A stretch of DNA of 64,000 bases. Source: Eledone cirrhosa (Eukaryota). This document shows positions 43,369-56,700 of the stretch, piece after piece. Location: NCBI GenBank assembly GCA_964016885.1, contig CAXHJY010000705.1, forward strand, positions 18,731 through 82,730, given 5' to 3'. Position numbers and translations under genes: made by a program. The stretch's first letter is position 1. The number at the start of each line of letters is the position of its first letter. The notes beneath the pieces are model-generated. The model was not told the DNA's origin and searched no databases. It saw only the letters and a list, made by a program, of their open reading frames with translations.

Positions 43369-43463
43369 GACATATCCGAGGACCACGCGATTTCAGAGTC
43401 AGGTTTGATCACCACATCGATCGTGTCTCGAGCTGGTCGCCCGAGAATCAATTGTAATATGTC
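43369..43463 (+). ncRNA. Degenerate hammerhead motif
   Basis: gacatat-CCGAGGA-[~62 nt]-GAAT-caattg-TA-atatgtc: perfect 7-bp stem I and palindromic stem III, but two core deviations. Confidence 0.45.
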
Positions 43464-43572
43464 CAATAAATTCCTTTCGACTTAACACTGATTCAAGTTT
43501 TTCTGTGATATCATACTTTGCTCTAAGACTGAACACATACCTCTTTGTCTATTTTTCTTTAATACAGGTCTT

Positions 43573-43685
<113 letters not shown>

Positions 43686-43722
43686 TATATATATGTGTAA
43701 ATATAGTTATACACACACACAC

Positions 43723-43791
<69 letters not shown>

Positions 43792-43866
43792 TATATAATA
43801 TATAATATATATATATATATTGTTATACTTTGGGAGAGTCGTGCTGCCAATACAAACACACGCACC

Positions 43867-44011
<145 letters not shown>

Positions 44012-44034
44012 TTATATATATATATATATGTATA

Positions 44035-44077
<43 letters not shown>

Positions 44078-44233
44078 GTATATATATATGTATATATATA
44101 TATTTATATATATATATATGTATATTTATATGTATATATATATATATTTATATATATATATATGTATATATATGTATATATATATATATTTATATATATA
44201 TATATGTATATATATGTATATATATATATATTA

Positions 44234-44279
<46 letters not shown>

Positions 44280-44280
44280 T

Positions 44281-44373
<93 letters not shown>

Positions 44374-44594
44374 GTGTGTGTGTGTGTGTGTGTGTATGTG
44401 TGTGTGTGTGTGTATGTGTGTGTGTGTGTGTATACACATATATTTTGAGTATATGTTGGTTGTTTACCGACACTTCAGTATGGAGATTGGAGCACTCGAC
44501 GAAGTGAGCAGGTTGGTTTGGTTACTCCGGAGTAATATAAAATATAACAATTAAGTCAAATATTTAAAATTTGGCTTCGTTTATTAAAGGTGTA

Positions 44595-44647
44595 CTGCTA
44601 TATATATTTCGGTGACAGCTATCCTTGGCCGTGACCTCTTCAGGCAG
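44595..44647 (-). ncRNA. Minimal type-I hammerhead ribozyme
   Basis: Minus strand ctgc-CTGAAGA-ggtcacggcc(aaggat)agctgtcacc-GAAA-tatata-TA-gcag. Confidence 0.8.
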
Positions 44648-44708
44648 CCCGAATTGGTGTGGTAAAGACCGGTACACATGTTGTTGAAGTGTTTACCACC
44701 AATTCGGA

Positions 44709-44761
44709 CCGCCTGAAGAGGTCACAGCCAAGGATGGCTGTTACCGAAATATATATAGCAG
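44709..44761 (+). ncRNA. Minimal type-I hammerhead ribozyme
   Basis: ccgc-CTGAAGA-ggtcacagcc(aaggat)ggctgttacc-GAAA-tatata-TA-gcag. Confidence 0.78.
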
Positions 44762-44835
44762 TACACCTTTAATAAATGAAGACAAATGTAAAATATTTGA
44801 CTTAATTATTTTATTTTATATATATATACATATAT

Positions 44836-44886
<51 letters not shown>

Positions 44887-45641
44887 TACATATATACACA
44901 CATAGTTACATATGCACATACACACATATAACTCAAAACATCCACATCCACACATACAATAACATCCATATCTACACATGCATGCAGATATACATACATA
45001 TCCAGTTGGTTGATGTTCTGTAAATTCCAATGAGAGAGTCTTGTATATATGTTAGAAAACGAGTCTCTCTCTCTAATACCAAAAATTCGTAAAATTATAA
45101 AACCAGAAGAACACACTGATACATACATACAAAAATACATACATACATTCATATACACATACTTACATACATAAATACATATACACATACATGCATAGAT
45201 ACATACACACATATATACATACATACATAGAAACGTAGCAATGCGGAGACCATTCTAAATTATTCCATATGTGAATTAGTTTTAAAAAATCTTTCCTATA
45301 AATTTCATGTGAACATTATGTACATTTATGAATGTAAATCTTTCGGAATACGAACAATTACAATACTAGTTCACATCCGTAATTTCATCCCTCCCATTTG
45401 TATGAATTGGCCGCCATTTTGTAGGTGGCGCTGTGTCGATGTATTCTCCAAGGAAAAAAAATCATATTTTCTGAAACATAAAATGGTCTAATAAGAAAAC
45501 AGAAAAAAATTGTGGAAATATGAAATCCTTTGATCAAAACGAAGATTCAAGATTCAAATATATGCTAGTGTATCGATTTTAATAGAAGTTATTTTATATA
45601 TATAATATAGATGTAGTCACACATAAAAATATACTCACTCT

Positions 45642-45763
<122 letters not shown>

Positions 45764-46098
45764 GATAAATCTTCCAAAATATACGGCAGTGTCCAATCCG
45801 TATGAAGAATTCAATGTAATCCAAATATCATGAAAAGAGAAGATGTATTCAAAATTTTTTAGATGAAAAACACAGGAAACAGAGTCAAGATGAATTAATA
45901 AAAATAATGAATAAAAAATAATGAATAAAATATATATGTGTAGGTATGTATATTCCCTCTGATAGTTTGTAAAAATGTTACATAGATCTATATGATATAC
46001 ATACCAACACACACATATATATCCTAGAAACGATCGTAAAATGATGAATTTTTTAATATAAAGGAACTATTTTTTGTTTTTATTCATTAATTTTATTA

Positions 46099-46145
<47 letters not shown>

Positions 46146-46358
46146 TATTTATCTGTGTATACACATACATACATACATATATATGTATATGTTTTATGTA
46201 TATGTATATGGATATGTATATATATATGTATGTAACCAGTGACATGCACCAGTTATTGAAACTGAGAAACCCACATTCTATATACTCTTCTCAGAACTAT
46301 GAAATTAAACGTACCATCATTGAAACATACTGATGTGTATATATATATATATATATAT

Positions 46359-46552
46359 ATAGAATTCACATGAATCAAAGTTCTGTTCAAACCATTTATT
46401 AGATTACAATTGTTTCATCCAAACAGAACTTTGATTCCTGTGAATTCTATATAACTGCTCTGTAGAACAACTGATGTTATTACATTGAGCTATTTATCTT
46501 ACTGGTAATAATGTAGTAATAAATTACTGTCTTTCACTGTTTAGGGTTTAAA
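46359..46552. mobile_element. PLE-like fold-back fragment
   Basis: Arms ATAGAATTCACATGAATCAAAGTTCTGTT / AACAGAACTTTGATTCCTGTGAATTCTAT; the spacer holds the minus-strand hammerhead 3' half GAAA-caattg-TA. Confidence 0.5.
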
Positions 46553-46766
46553 ATATATATATCTATAAAAAAGTTTTAGTATATACATAACCATAAATAG
46601 TATCCTTAATACTACATACATATATATATATAGTGAAAAATTAAACGGGAACAAAACAGAGAGGCAGTACGAACAAAGGTTTATTAGTTTCACGCTCTTG
46701 AGAGTGGGGTGGTGGTGGGGAATATATGAGTGTGTGTGTGTGTATGTGTGTGTGTATGTGTATAAT

Positions 46767-46954
46767 AATTGTTTCTACTTTAGGCACTAGGCCAGCAATT
46801 AACCAATGCATTACTGGTACTTTATTTTATCGACCCCGTAAGGATGAAAGGCAAAGTCAACCTCGGCGGGATTTGAACTCAGAACGTAAAGGGACGTAAC
46901 TATGCTGGAAAGCATGGCGTCCGACTCTCTACCGATACTGCCAATCCACCGCCC
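46767..46954 (-). mobile_element. SINE copy
   Basis: Full-length, close to family consensus. Confidence 0.88.
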
Positions 46955-47053
46955 TATGTATATATAAATGAATTCACGAGTGAAATCAAATTTTGTTTAT
47001 ATATATATATATTATATACATATATATACACAGACACACACACACACATATAT

Positions 47054-47093
<40 letters not shown>

Positions 47094-47130
47094 TGTATAT
47101 ATATATTGGCAACATGACCCTCCAAAAGTA

Positions 47131-47176
<46 letters not shown>

Positions 47177-47471
47177 AAGAAATTAAAAGATGGTTAAAGA
47201 CACATATCATCCTGGGACGATATTTGCGTTCTCATCAGATAAAATGGTATGATGCCTAAAAAAACACTTGTAAACAGGAATATGTCCAGTCAACATATCT
47301 TGACGGCTTGTATATGTGAAGGTATGTATATTTCCTCTGATAATTTCAAATAGTTTTGCATAGATCTATATGATATACATACCAACACGCATATACATCC
47401 TATAAACGATCGTAAATGATGCATTTTTTTAATATAAGGAACTTGTTCTTTGTTTTCATTTCATTGTTTTT

Positions 47472-47538
<67 letters not shown>

Positions 47539-47690
47539 CACCAAGAAAAATAAAACGTCACCGTGAGAAGTTATTTATTTGCTATAACGTGTTTCTGTGA
47601 CTATCATTTTAGTCTACATATGCTGGTTATAATATATATTGCTCAATCATATGCAATACTTTCATCACACTTGATTATTTTATTACACTA

Positions 47691-48032
47691 TGGTGAGAAG
47701 CTTTCTTCTTTAAACATTTATTGGTGAGAAGCTTTCTTCTTTAAACATTCATTGGTGAGAAGCTTTCTTCTTAAAACATTCATTGGTGAGAAGCTTTCTT
47801 CTTTAAACATTCATTGGTAAGAAGCTTTCTTCTTTAAATATTCATTGGTGAGAAGCTTTCTTCTTTAAACATTCATTGGTGAGAAGCTTTCTTTTTTAAA
47901 CATTCATCGGTGAGAAGCTTTCTTCTTTAAACATTCATTGGTGAGAAACTTTCTTCTTTAAACATTCATTGGTGAGAAGCTTTCTTCTTTAAACATTCAT
48001 TGGTGAGAAGCTTTCTTCTTTAAACATTCATT
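47691..48032. repeat. 31-bp tandem repeat, ~11 copies
   Basis: TGGTGAGAAGCTTTCTTCTTTAAACATTCAT. Confidence 0.95.
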
Positions 48033-48116
48033 CAGTATATACATAAAGGGAATACCTTCACTTATATATACATATATATACATATATATATACATCATCA
48101 TCAGTGTGTGTGTGTG

Positions 48117-48177
<61 letters not shown>

Positions 48178-48298
48178 GCGGACAATATGCCTATACATAT
48201 ATATTAATATCTTTTTAACCTTCGAGTTCAAATCTCGCCGAGCTCAACTTTATCATTCCTCCATTCGGGATCAATAGAATAAAGTATTATTAAATTAA

Positions 48299-48436
48299 AG
48301 TTACGTCCCTTTACGATCTGAGTTCAAATCCCGCCGAGGTTGACTTTTGTTTTGCATCCTTACGGGGTCGATAAAATAAAATACCAGTAATGCACTGGGT
48401 AATTGCTGGCCTTGTGCCTAAAATAGACACAATTAT
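48299..48436 (+). mobile_element. SINE copy (5'-truncated), preceded by a degenerate SINE at ~48222-48290
   Basis: B-box and Nin-like core. Confidence 0.8.
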
Positions 48437-48714
48437 TAAATTAAAGTCATTGATTTAATTGACTTTAAAATATCCTACCCCCGACCTTTTAAATTCTTCT
48501 GCCACAAGCAGAACATATTATTAGTTTTAATGGGTTAAAATAGCGACTGCCTCAGTTTCATCCATGTGACATTTACATGATGTTTTGTACAATGTTTTTT
48601 GTATGGTGTTCTGAAATCAAATATGGTTGATATTAAACGTAAACATCGAACGACAAAAGCAACGGCCATCTTTGTATATATGTATATGCTTGTATTTCCG
48701 TATGTATATTTATG

Positions 48715-48784
<70 letters not shown>

Positions 48785-48821
48785 TGTGTGTGTGTGTGGT
48801 GTGTGTGTGTGTGTGTGTGTA

Positions 48822-48901
<80 letters not shown>

Positions 48902-49030
48902 CCTGTGTGTGCGTGAGCGCGTTTGTCTATGCGTGAGTTTATCTATGTATGCATGCATATACTTATGTATATATATATACAACCCTTATCGAGTTCGCTT
49001 CGGATTTTAGTCTTTGTATTTGTTATTACA

Positions 49031-49093
<63 letters not shown>

Positions 49094-49096
49094 TAT

Positions 49097-49127
<31 letters not shown>

Positions 49128-49480
49128 ATATATATATACACACACATATATTTATATATATATTCATGTATCCAATATATTATAGATACATTTCACACAC
49201 GAACGACCACACACGAGCATGCACACACACACACACATGCATATGTATATATATCATCTGCCTTCGTGAAATTACCAGTTAAAAACACATATAAGTAATA
49301 TGATATATAATAAAAATTATATTTTCTAAAATATTCACCCATTTCGTGCAGCATACGACACATATAAATGACACAAGAGTCTCACACAGAAAAAGCCTCA
49401 AACAAAAATAAAATTTTAAAACAATTTTACAACACCAATAATAGCTGATACAACCACAGCCATTTCAAGAACGTTCACAA

Positions 49481-49512
<32 letters not shown>

Positions 49513-49978
49513 GTAACATTAATAACAACACAACAAAACAAAAGAGTAACGAAAGCAACAGCAACAAAGATTTGAAATTTATATTGAAATGTTAATGTGA
49601 AATTCCTCGTGGAAAATCGCAGCATGGAAATGAGTAAATTTCATCTTATGTAAAATGCAAATGTAAAAAGTAAATGCAAATTTAATATGCAAATATATAT
49701 CAAGTCAGCCAATTTTGTTTGCGTAAAACTTCCTAAAACTTTATAATACTTGAGAAAATGTAAGGTAAACAAATATGATAAAAAACAACTGATAGAAAAG
49801 CAAATAAATGAAAAAAAATAATGATGAATATATAAACGTATCAAAAAAATGTCGTTGAATTGTAAAATTTAAATTGCACAATGTAATTATGATAAAGATA
49901 GAAAATTATAATGATAATAACAATAATAATAGTAATATTAGTAACAGAAATGATAATATAAATAATAATAATAATAAT

Positions 49979-50167
49979 AATTGTTTCTACTTTTGGCACA
50001 GGGCCAGCAAATACCCAGTACATTACTGGTACTTTATTTTATCGACCCCGTAAGGATGAAAGGCAAAGTTAACATCGGCGGGATTTGAACTCATAATGGT
50101 AAGGGCTATATATAATTATATACGTCAAAGTATAGCGTCCGACTCTCTACCGATAATGCCAATCCAC
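49979..50167 (-). mobile_element. SINE copy
   Basis: Reverse match. Confidence 0.85.
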
Positions 50168-50176
50168 ATAATAATG

Positions 50177-50507
50177 CTTTCTTTATTAGCCACAAGGGTT
50201 TACAGAAAGTGAGACATTAAGGACAGTACAGGACAATACAGGACGGTACAAATGGGCATTTCTGCGTGTAAAAAAAAAAAAAAAAAAAAACAGAGGATGT
50301 AACCAAAAAAAAGAACAATTAAAAATTCCCCAATAGGAGGGAGGATTCCGAGGGATGATTCCGAGGGACATTCGTGGAGAAAGCCCATTAAAAAAGCCAC
50401 GGTGACCCTGACCACCAGGGCAAATGACCTCTCCCACTTTTCCACCTTCAATTTACAGGCACATACTCAGAGTAGGTCATTCCCTCGGGCGATTCTTGCC
50501 TCTCGCA
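50177..50507 (-). mobile_element. 5'-truncated Tx1-clade LINE (last ORF2 codons and 3' UTR)
   Basis: Minus strand ARIARGN..TLSMCL* resembles ORF2 end ARMARVNGPSLYTIL*; terminus CCCTTGTGGCTAATAAAGAAAG nearly identical to that of the 60.3-kb copy. Confidence 0.7.
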
Positions 50508-50515
50508 ATAATAAT

Positions 50516-50707
50516 AATTGTTTCTACATTAGGCACAAGGCCAGCAATTATCCCAGTGTATGACTGGTGCTTTATTTTATCGGCCCCGTAAGGATGAAAG
50601 GCAAAGTTAACCTCTGCGGGATTTGAACTCAGACCATAAATAGGGACGTAACTCTTTGCTGCAAAGCATGGCGTCCGACCCTCTACCAATACTTCCAATC
50701 CCCCGCC
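50516..50707 (-). mobile_element. SINE copy
   Basis: Reverse match. Confidence 0.85.
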
Positions 50708-50715
50708 AATCTCTC

Positions 50716-50747
<32 letters not shown>

Positions 50748-50748
<1 letters not shown>

Positions 50749-50903
50749 TAAAATGGGAGTTAAAAAGGATTTGGAACTGCCATGAAATCAAGGTCGTCCC
50801 GATTGTCATAGGCGCACGAGGTACTATCTCAAAGACTTTCCAAGGATGGTTAGAGAATATTAGTCCAGCCCCGCTTTCACTTCAAAAGGCATGTTTGCTG
50901 TGA
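50748..50903 (+). mobile_element. R4/Dong-like (restriction-like endonuclease) non-LTR retrotransposon C-terminal fragment
   Basis: Translates LKWELKRIWNCHEIKVVPIVIGARGTISKTFQGWLENISPAPLSLQKACLL*, matching the EL.R.W...VVPIVIGALG...LQKA.LL motif; directly abuts (TAA)n. Confidence 0.75.
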
Positions 50904-51052
50904 ATGACAATTGTATAGAGAGGCGTGTGACGTATTTTTCTAATTTTCTTCAACTACCAAACGAATCTCTATGCAACGTTGTCAAATCATATTTTCGTTG
51001 CATTGTGAATATTGTTGCTTATATGTAGCTCAATTATACCGCGTAATGTAAT

Positions 51053-51240
51053 AATTGTTTGTACTTTAGGCACAAGGCCAGCAATTACCCAGTGCATTAC
51101 TGGTACTTTAGTTTATCGACCCCGTAAGGATGAAAGGCAAAGTTAACCTCGGCGGGGTTCGAACTCAGAATGGCAAGGGACGTAACTCTGTGCGTCAAAG
51201 CATAGCGTCCGACCCTCTACCGATACTGCCAATCCACCAC
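51053..51240 (-). mobile_element. SINE copy
   Basis: Reverse match. Confidence 0.85.
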
Positions 51241-51483
51241 GTAATATAATAATGCTCCGCCATATTAGATTCACCGCTATACGTACTCAAACATCTGGGA
51301 AGCAGAGTATAACGAGGGACCTCTCAATTTGTATATGTGTGTGTACGTGTGTGTGTATGAGCATGTGTATGTGATCAAACGCATATGCGAGTAAACATGC
51401 ATAGACATAGGAATGCACACATACACACATGCACACACACACACACACATATATATATATGCGTGTGTGTGTGTATGTATATA

Positions 51484-51568
<85 letters not shown>

Positions 51569-51872
51569 TACGTATTTATATATATATGTGTGTTTGTGTG
51601 TATGTGTGTATGTCTATGTGTCTATCTATCTATCTCTCTCTAGATCTAGCTGTCGTCTGTTCTACAGTGTGGATGTCATTCACTTCGCACAGAAGTTTTG
51701 TTCAAATTTATTGAGGAAATTTTGTGAGTTCAAACTTAATTTTGATACAATTGTGTAGCTTGACCCTCCGTCTGAACTGTCAGGCGGTGGGTCAGCTCAT
51801 CTTTACCCCTCCTAGAGGTGAAAAACCTGTTTTAAAAAATTTTGTGTAAAAAATTTCAATCGTCTAACAGAA

Positions 51873-53752
51873 ATGTTAAACGCAGCGAACGAAAATAGTG
51901 GTGGGGGGACAGCGGTAAGAGTTGTAAGCTCGCACGCTTTAGTCCTCCCTTCCTTCCCAACTAACGTCATAGAGAAGGAAGGAAAAATGAAAATAAAAAC
52001 GGACGAATCTGCGGAGGAAAAAAAATTAAATGACGAAAACAACGAAAAAAAAAAATTTGAAAAATTGCATGACAATACTAATAACACAAACAAAGACACA
52101 ACAAACAAAAAAATAACAGTTGAAAATAACATAATATCAGAAAACAAAGCAGACGACAAGATTTCTTTTGCACAGAAAACAAAGAAATCTTTGACTTATA
52201 TAGCGGAAAACATTTCAGATGTGGTACGAAGGATCACGGACGCAAAACAATACATAAGTGAAGGTGAGAATGGTATTTTATTGGTAAAAATGCCTCAAGA
52301 ATTCACGAAAGACATTGAAAGCCGAACGGTCAAGTTTCGGACCATCAACATAGTACAAAAAAACCTGAACAGCCTTCTCAAGCAGATATCAAAACAGTAC
52401 TCGCAGAAGTACTGAATGAAACAACTTTCATAAGAAAAGACAGACTGTATGGAAGCCTAGCAATTATCATGAAGAACGAATCGGCGGCAAAAAAATGTGC
52501 TTTGTCACCGATTCGTTCGAAAAATTTCACCTTTTATCCATCTTATATGGGAAAAAAAACTCAACGCATATGGCTGGATGCAATGATGCCAGATGTGGAC
52601 TACTGCTGGCTCATAGCTGGCTTCATCGATCCAGTGAATGACAACGTGATTTCCATTGGGAAAACCACAGGCAATGCGTTCAGTGGAACAGGTATAGAGC
52701 TGGTAGTACAAATGAAGCCTGAACGCATCGCCCAAATACCCGACAGAATCCTATTAGAGGACCACGGGTATATAAACATTAGCGTGGAGGGGAGAAGGCC
52801 GTCCTGCCATATCTGTGCAGGCAGAGGGCACCTGAAGGCCGCTTGTCCCCAACTCAACAAAAAGAAAACCCTGCTACCAACACCAGCTCCACCACCACCA
52901 CCACAACAGATAAACAAACAACAAAACTCAGTCCCACCCAACCCGTCCCTCAGTAACACCACAACACCACCACAACACAAACAGTCACAACACATTACCC
53001 CAAAACAAAATACAGGCCCACCCAACCTCTCACTCAATAAAACAACACAACCACCGCAGACACAACACACAACACAGTCTAACATAGTGACATCCATCTC
53101 CCCCACAAAGAAAACCAACACGGAAACATTACCAGCAAACATACCTCTTCCCTCCAACACTGAAGATAACCCAACGAATTCGGAGGAAGAAACGGAGTCC
53201 TTCAGACAGATTAAAAGGAAAAAAAGAAAACATGTGCAAAACACACAAGGACAAACAACCCCCACCCAAATCGCAACACAATCTAACAAAACAGAAAACA
53301 CCCCTCCAGCAACAAACAAAACCAAACCTGCCCCTCCCCTCTTCGAAACACTCACACCATCGGAAAAAAAGACATTACACTATACTTACATCAACAGAAA
53401 CAATAATAAATTAAATGAACTCATATACAATAATCCTTCGGTACAAACCGAAGGTGTAAACTTTGTTTCATCAGAAAACCACCCACATTTAAAACTAATA
53501 AAAATCCCAATGAACCTCTACCAAAAACTAAAAAAGGATTTTAAGGAGGACGTAGGACCACCCTCTGTCAAACCCATAAACCGCGTCCTACTAAAAAGCT
53601 TTCCCCCTCCCCTTCCCCTCCCCAACACAACTCCAAACACCCCAACCCCACCACACACCGACGACCCCACACCACCACAAGACACCCCTTCACCCAACAC
53701 CCCCGACCCCATGGAAGTCGTGCAACCCGAACCCCGGGAAGCGGAAAGGTAG
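51873..53752 (+). CDS. LINE ORF1 (gag-like, CCHC zinc knuckle), split by a 1-nt frameshift near 52357-52363
   Basis: CHICAGRGHLKAAC knuckle. The -1 frame after the A7 run reads KPEQPSQADIKTVL..RLYGSLAIIM, homologous to KPAQLSQNENELVL..KLFGSISVLI of the 7.6-8.0 kb copy. Confidence 0.85.
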
Positions 53753-53785
53753 GTCTCTACACTCTCCTTTGGCTCTGCCGCCCAC

Positions 53786-56700
53786 ATGGATGTGTTAAGA
53801 GTAGGATGTTTGAATGCACGTGGCCTGGGCTCAACTTGGAAGCAAGCAAAGCTTCTAAATGACCTCAGGTCATGTAGTATAAATGTAATGGTTATCTGTG
53901 AGACTCGAATCAGCGTCATGCGGCAGCTGGCCCCCACCTTCGATGACTTTGAGGTGCATGCATCTCTCTGTCAACCTGGAGGTGGGGGTGGGGTTGTCGT
54001 GCTGCTGCAAAAACACCTGGGTCTTGCCGTACAGGTTGTGCACTCGGACCCGGAGGGTCGTTTGTTGGTGCTAGACGTTGGCAGTAGTGAAAGTGCGGCC
54101 TTGAGACTGGTCGCCGTCTACTCCCCTTTCGGAGCTGAACGGCCCGACTTCTTCCAGCGTTTGGAGACTTTTCTGGGAACGTCGCGTTCCCTGCTTCTAG
54201 CGGGGGATTGGAATGACATCCTAGATGCACGTTGGGACTATGCAGGAGCATGTCCTAATAGAGGGGGGTGTAACAGCCTCAAGGGGTTACTCGACCGTTT
54301 TAACTTGGTCGATAGATATCGACTAGATTTTCCAACTGTGCCTACCTGGACTTGGAGAAACCACAGTGGTCAATCTAGATCGTACTTAGATAGATTCTTA
54401 GTTAGAAGTAAGGATAGGGACATATTAAGCTGTCCAGAAATGCGCACGGTTGGCTACACGGATCACAAATTAGTGACCTGCGTGGTCAATCTCGAGAAAA
54501 CACATAGACAGGGTCCCGGTTACTGGAAACTTAATTTGTCTTTACCGGCAAAAGAGACTTACAGAAACCGGATTAGCAGATTAGTTAAGGAGAGGTTGAC
54601 GGGTGCAATCGTCAACAACCGATGGTGGGCATCTCTCAAAAGAGAGATTAGAACAGAATCAATAAGTTATAGCAAGATGTTAGCTGCCAATAGGAATAGA
54701 AACGAGAAAGAATTAACAGGTAAATTAGAAGAGGCAATCAAGAGCGAAGATGTGGCCAGAGTGCTGGCATCGAGGACGGCCTTGAACCAGTTTTTCGATG
54801 CAAAGCATGAAGGCTGCGTCATTCGAAGTAAAATACGTGCTCTAGGTAATGAGGGGGCCAAAGCCGTTGGATGGGCCCGCGTGACAGAAGCTAAAAGTGG
54901 AAATCGATCCACCATCCGGTCGTTGCAAGACGAAGATGGACGAGTGATCCGGGAGCCTAAGCAGATGTGCGAGGCCTTTCAAAAGCACTTTGCCCGATTG
55001 TTCGGGGGAGGCGAGGGTCCGGGCCGGGGCGTGGATTTCGGTCCATACCTCGACGGCCTGCCGCGTCTCTCGAACAAAGAGGCAGAGTCCTGCGAGGGAC
55101 CAATCTCGGCTGATGAGATCGGAGATGCGCTGAGCCAATGCAGCAGACGCAAATCTCCAGGTCTCGATGGTATACCTTACGAACTTTATTTAGCAATGCC
55201 GGTCTTCTTCTCCGAACTCCTCGAAGCGGTCTACTGCAATTGGCAGCAGAACGGGAGAATTCCTTGTTCTGTAGCCAAGGGCGTAGTCACGCTGGTGAGG
55301 AAGGACGAGAACAAGGGGGATAGTATAAATAATTTTCGGCCCATAACCCTGCTAAACACAGAGTTAAAGATTTTGGCCAAGGTGTTAGCAAAGAGGTTGG
55401 CGCTTGTCGTGGGTGGCCTGGTGGGAGATGCGCAGACATGTGCTATCCCATCCAGGTCCATTCACGATAACCTCCACCTCATGCGATACATCATAGAGAG
55501 GGTTGGCAACAAACCCGGCTTCGGTGGGGCCCTGATCAACTTGGATCAGTCTAAGGCCTTCGATAGGGTCGACCATGGTTACCTGGATGCGGTGCTAGCG
55601 GCGGCTGGGTTCGGTCCTGTTTTCAGAGGCTGGATCACTGCCCTACATAGCAACCACATCTGTTCTAGGATCAAGGTGAACGGCTACCTTTCGAAGCCGT
55701 TCGAAATCACACGATCCATTCGACAGGGGTGCCCTCTCTCCTCCCTTCTGTACGTATTGACTCTCGAGCCTTTACTGAGGAAGTTGGAGTTGTTGCAGGG
55801 TATCCCCCTGGAACCAGGATTGAGCAAAGCGGTGTCGGCCTACGCCGATGACGTAACAGTAATGGTATCAACCGACTCGGAGATCGAGGCGATCGGTACC
55901 TTACTGGAGGAGTACGAAAGGTTGTCAGGAGCGAAACTGAACCGGGAAAAATCCATCGGGCTGCAACTCGGAACGTGGAGAGGCAAACCGATGCCTCCTG
56001 ACGGTGTCGTCGGACACTGGACGGAGGGCCCGGTAAAGTTGCTTGGGGTCTGGTTTGGACCGGACCTCCAGGTGGAAAAGAACTGGAACGAGGTTACGAA
56101 CAAGGTGTTTGCACTAACCCAGAAATGGGCCAAGTGTAAGCTGTCCCTAAAAGGCCGGGCGGAGGTGGCGAACATTTACATAGCGTCCGTCACTTACTAC
56201 CGCCTGACTGTCGTGCCTTGCCCTAAGGAAACACTCACCACCATGGAACGCATGCTCTTCCAATTTCTTTGGAAGAAGCGTCCTCCTATGGTGAGAAGAT
56301 CCATCTGCTGCCAACAACCTTCGAAAGGAGGGCTGGGGATGCCGTGGTTGATGATGCGTAGGCACGCATTAAGGCTACGGCACCTACAGGTATTCCTCAC
56401 TGGTCAACCGGTGTGGGCTCCGTTCGTGAAACGAGCCTTTCCGAGACTCGTCTCACTCACCGAGCTACAGTCCTGGGTCAAGCAAAGATCCGGAAAACTG
56501 GGAGACTGGCACACTGAGTGTGCTCAGGCGCTCAGGGCTCTCTGGCAAGCGGGCCGGGCCATCGGTGGAGAATCCACCTCATCATTCTATAGAGGGCTGG
56601 TGGCTAGCAGGGGCGATGACACCCTTGGAGAGTCGCTGGACATGGAAGAAGACGAACTGGCCAGCCTGTTCGGTAGGACTTTCGGCCCAGGACCAATGGA

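Larger units (their letters stand above)
44445..44820. mobile_element. PLE-like fold-back element with two opposed hammerheads
   Basis: Arms ~44534-44666 / 44692-44820; tail with GCACTC at 44492. Confidence 0.75.
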
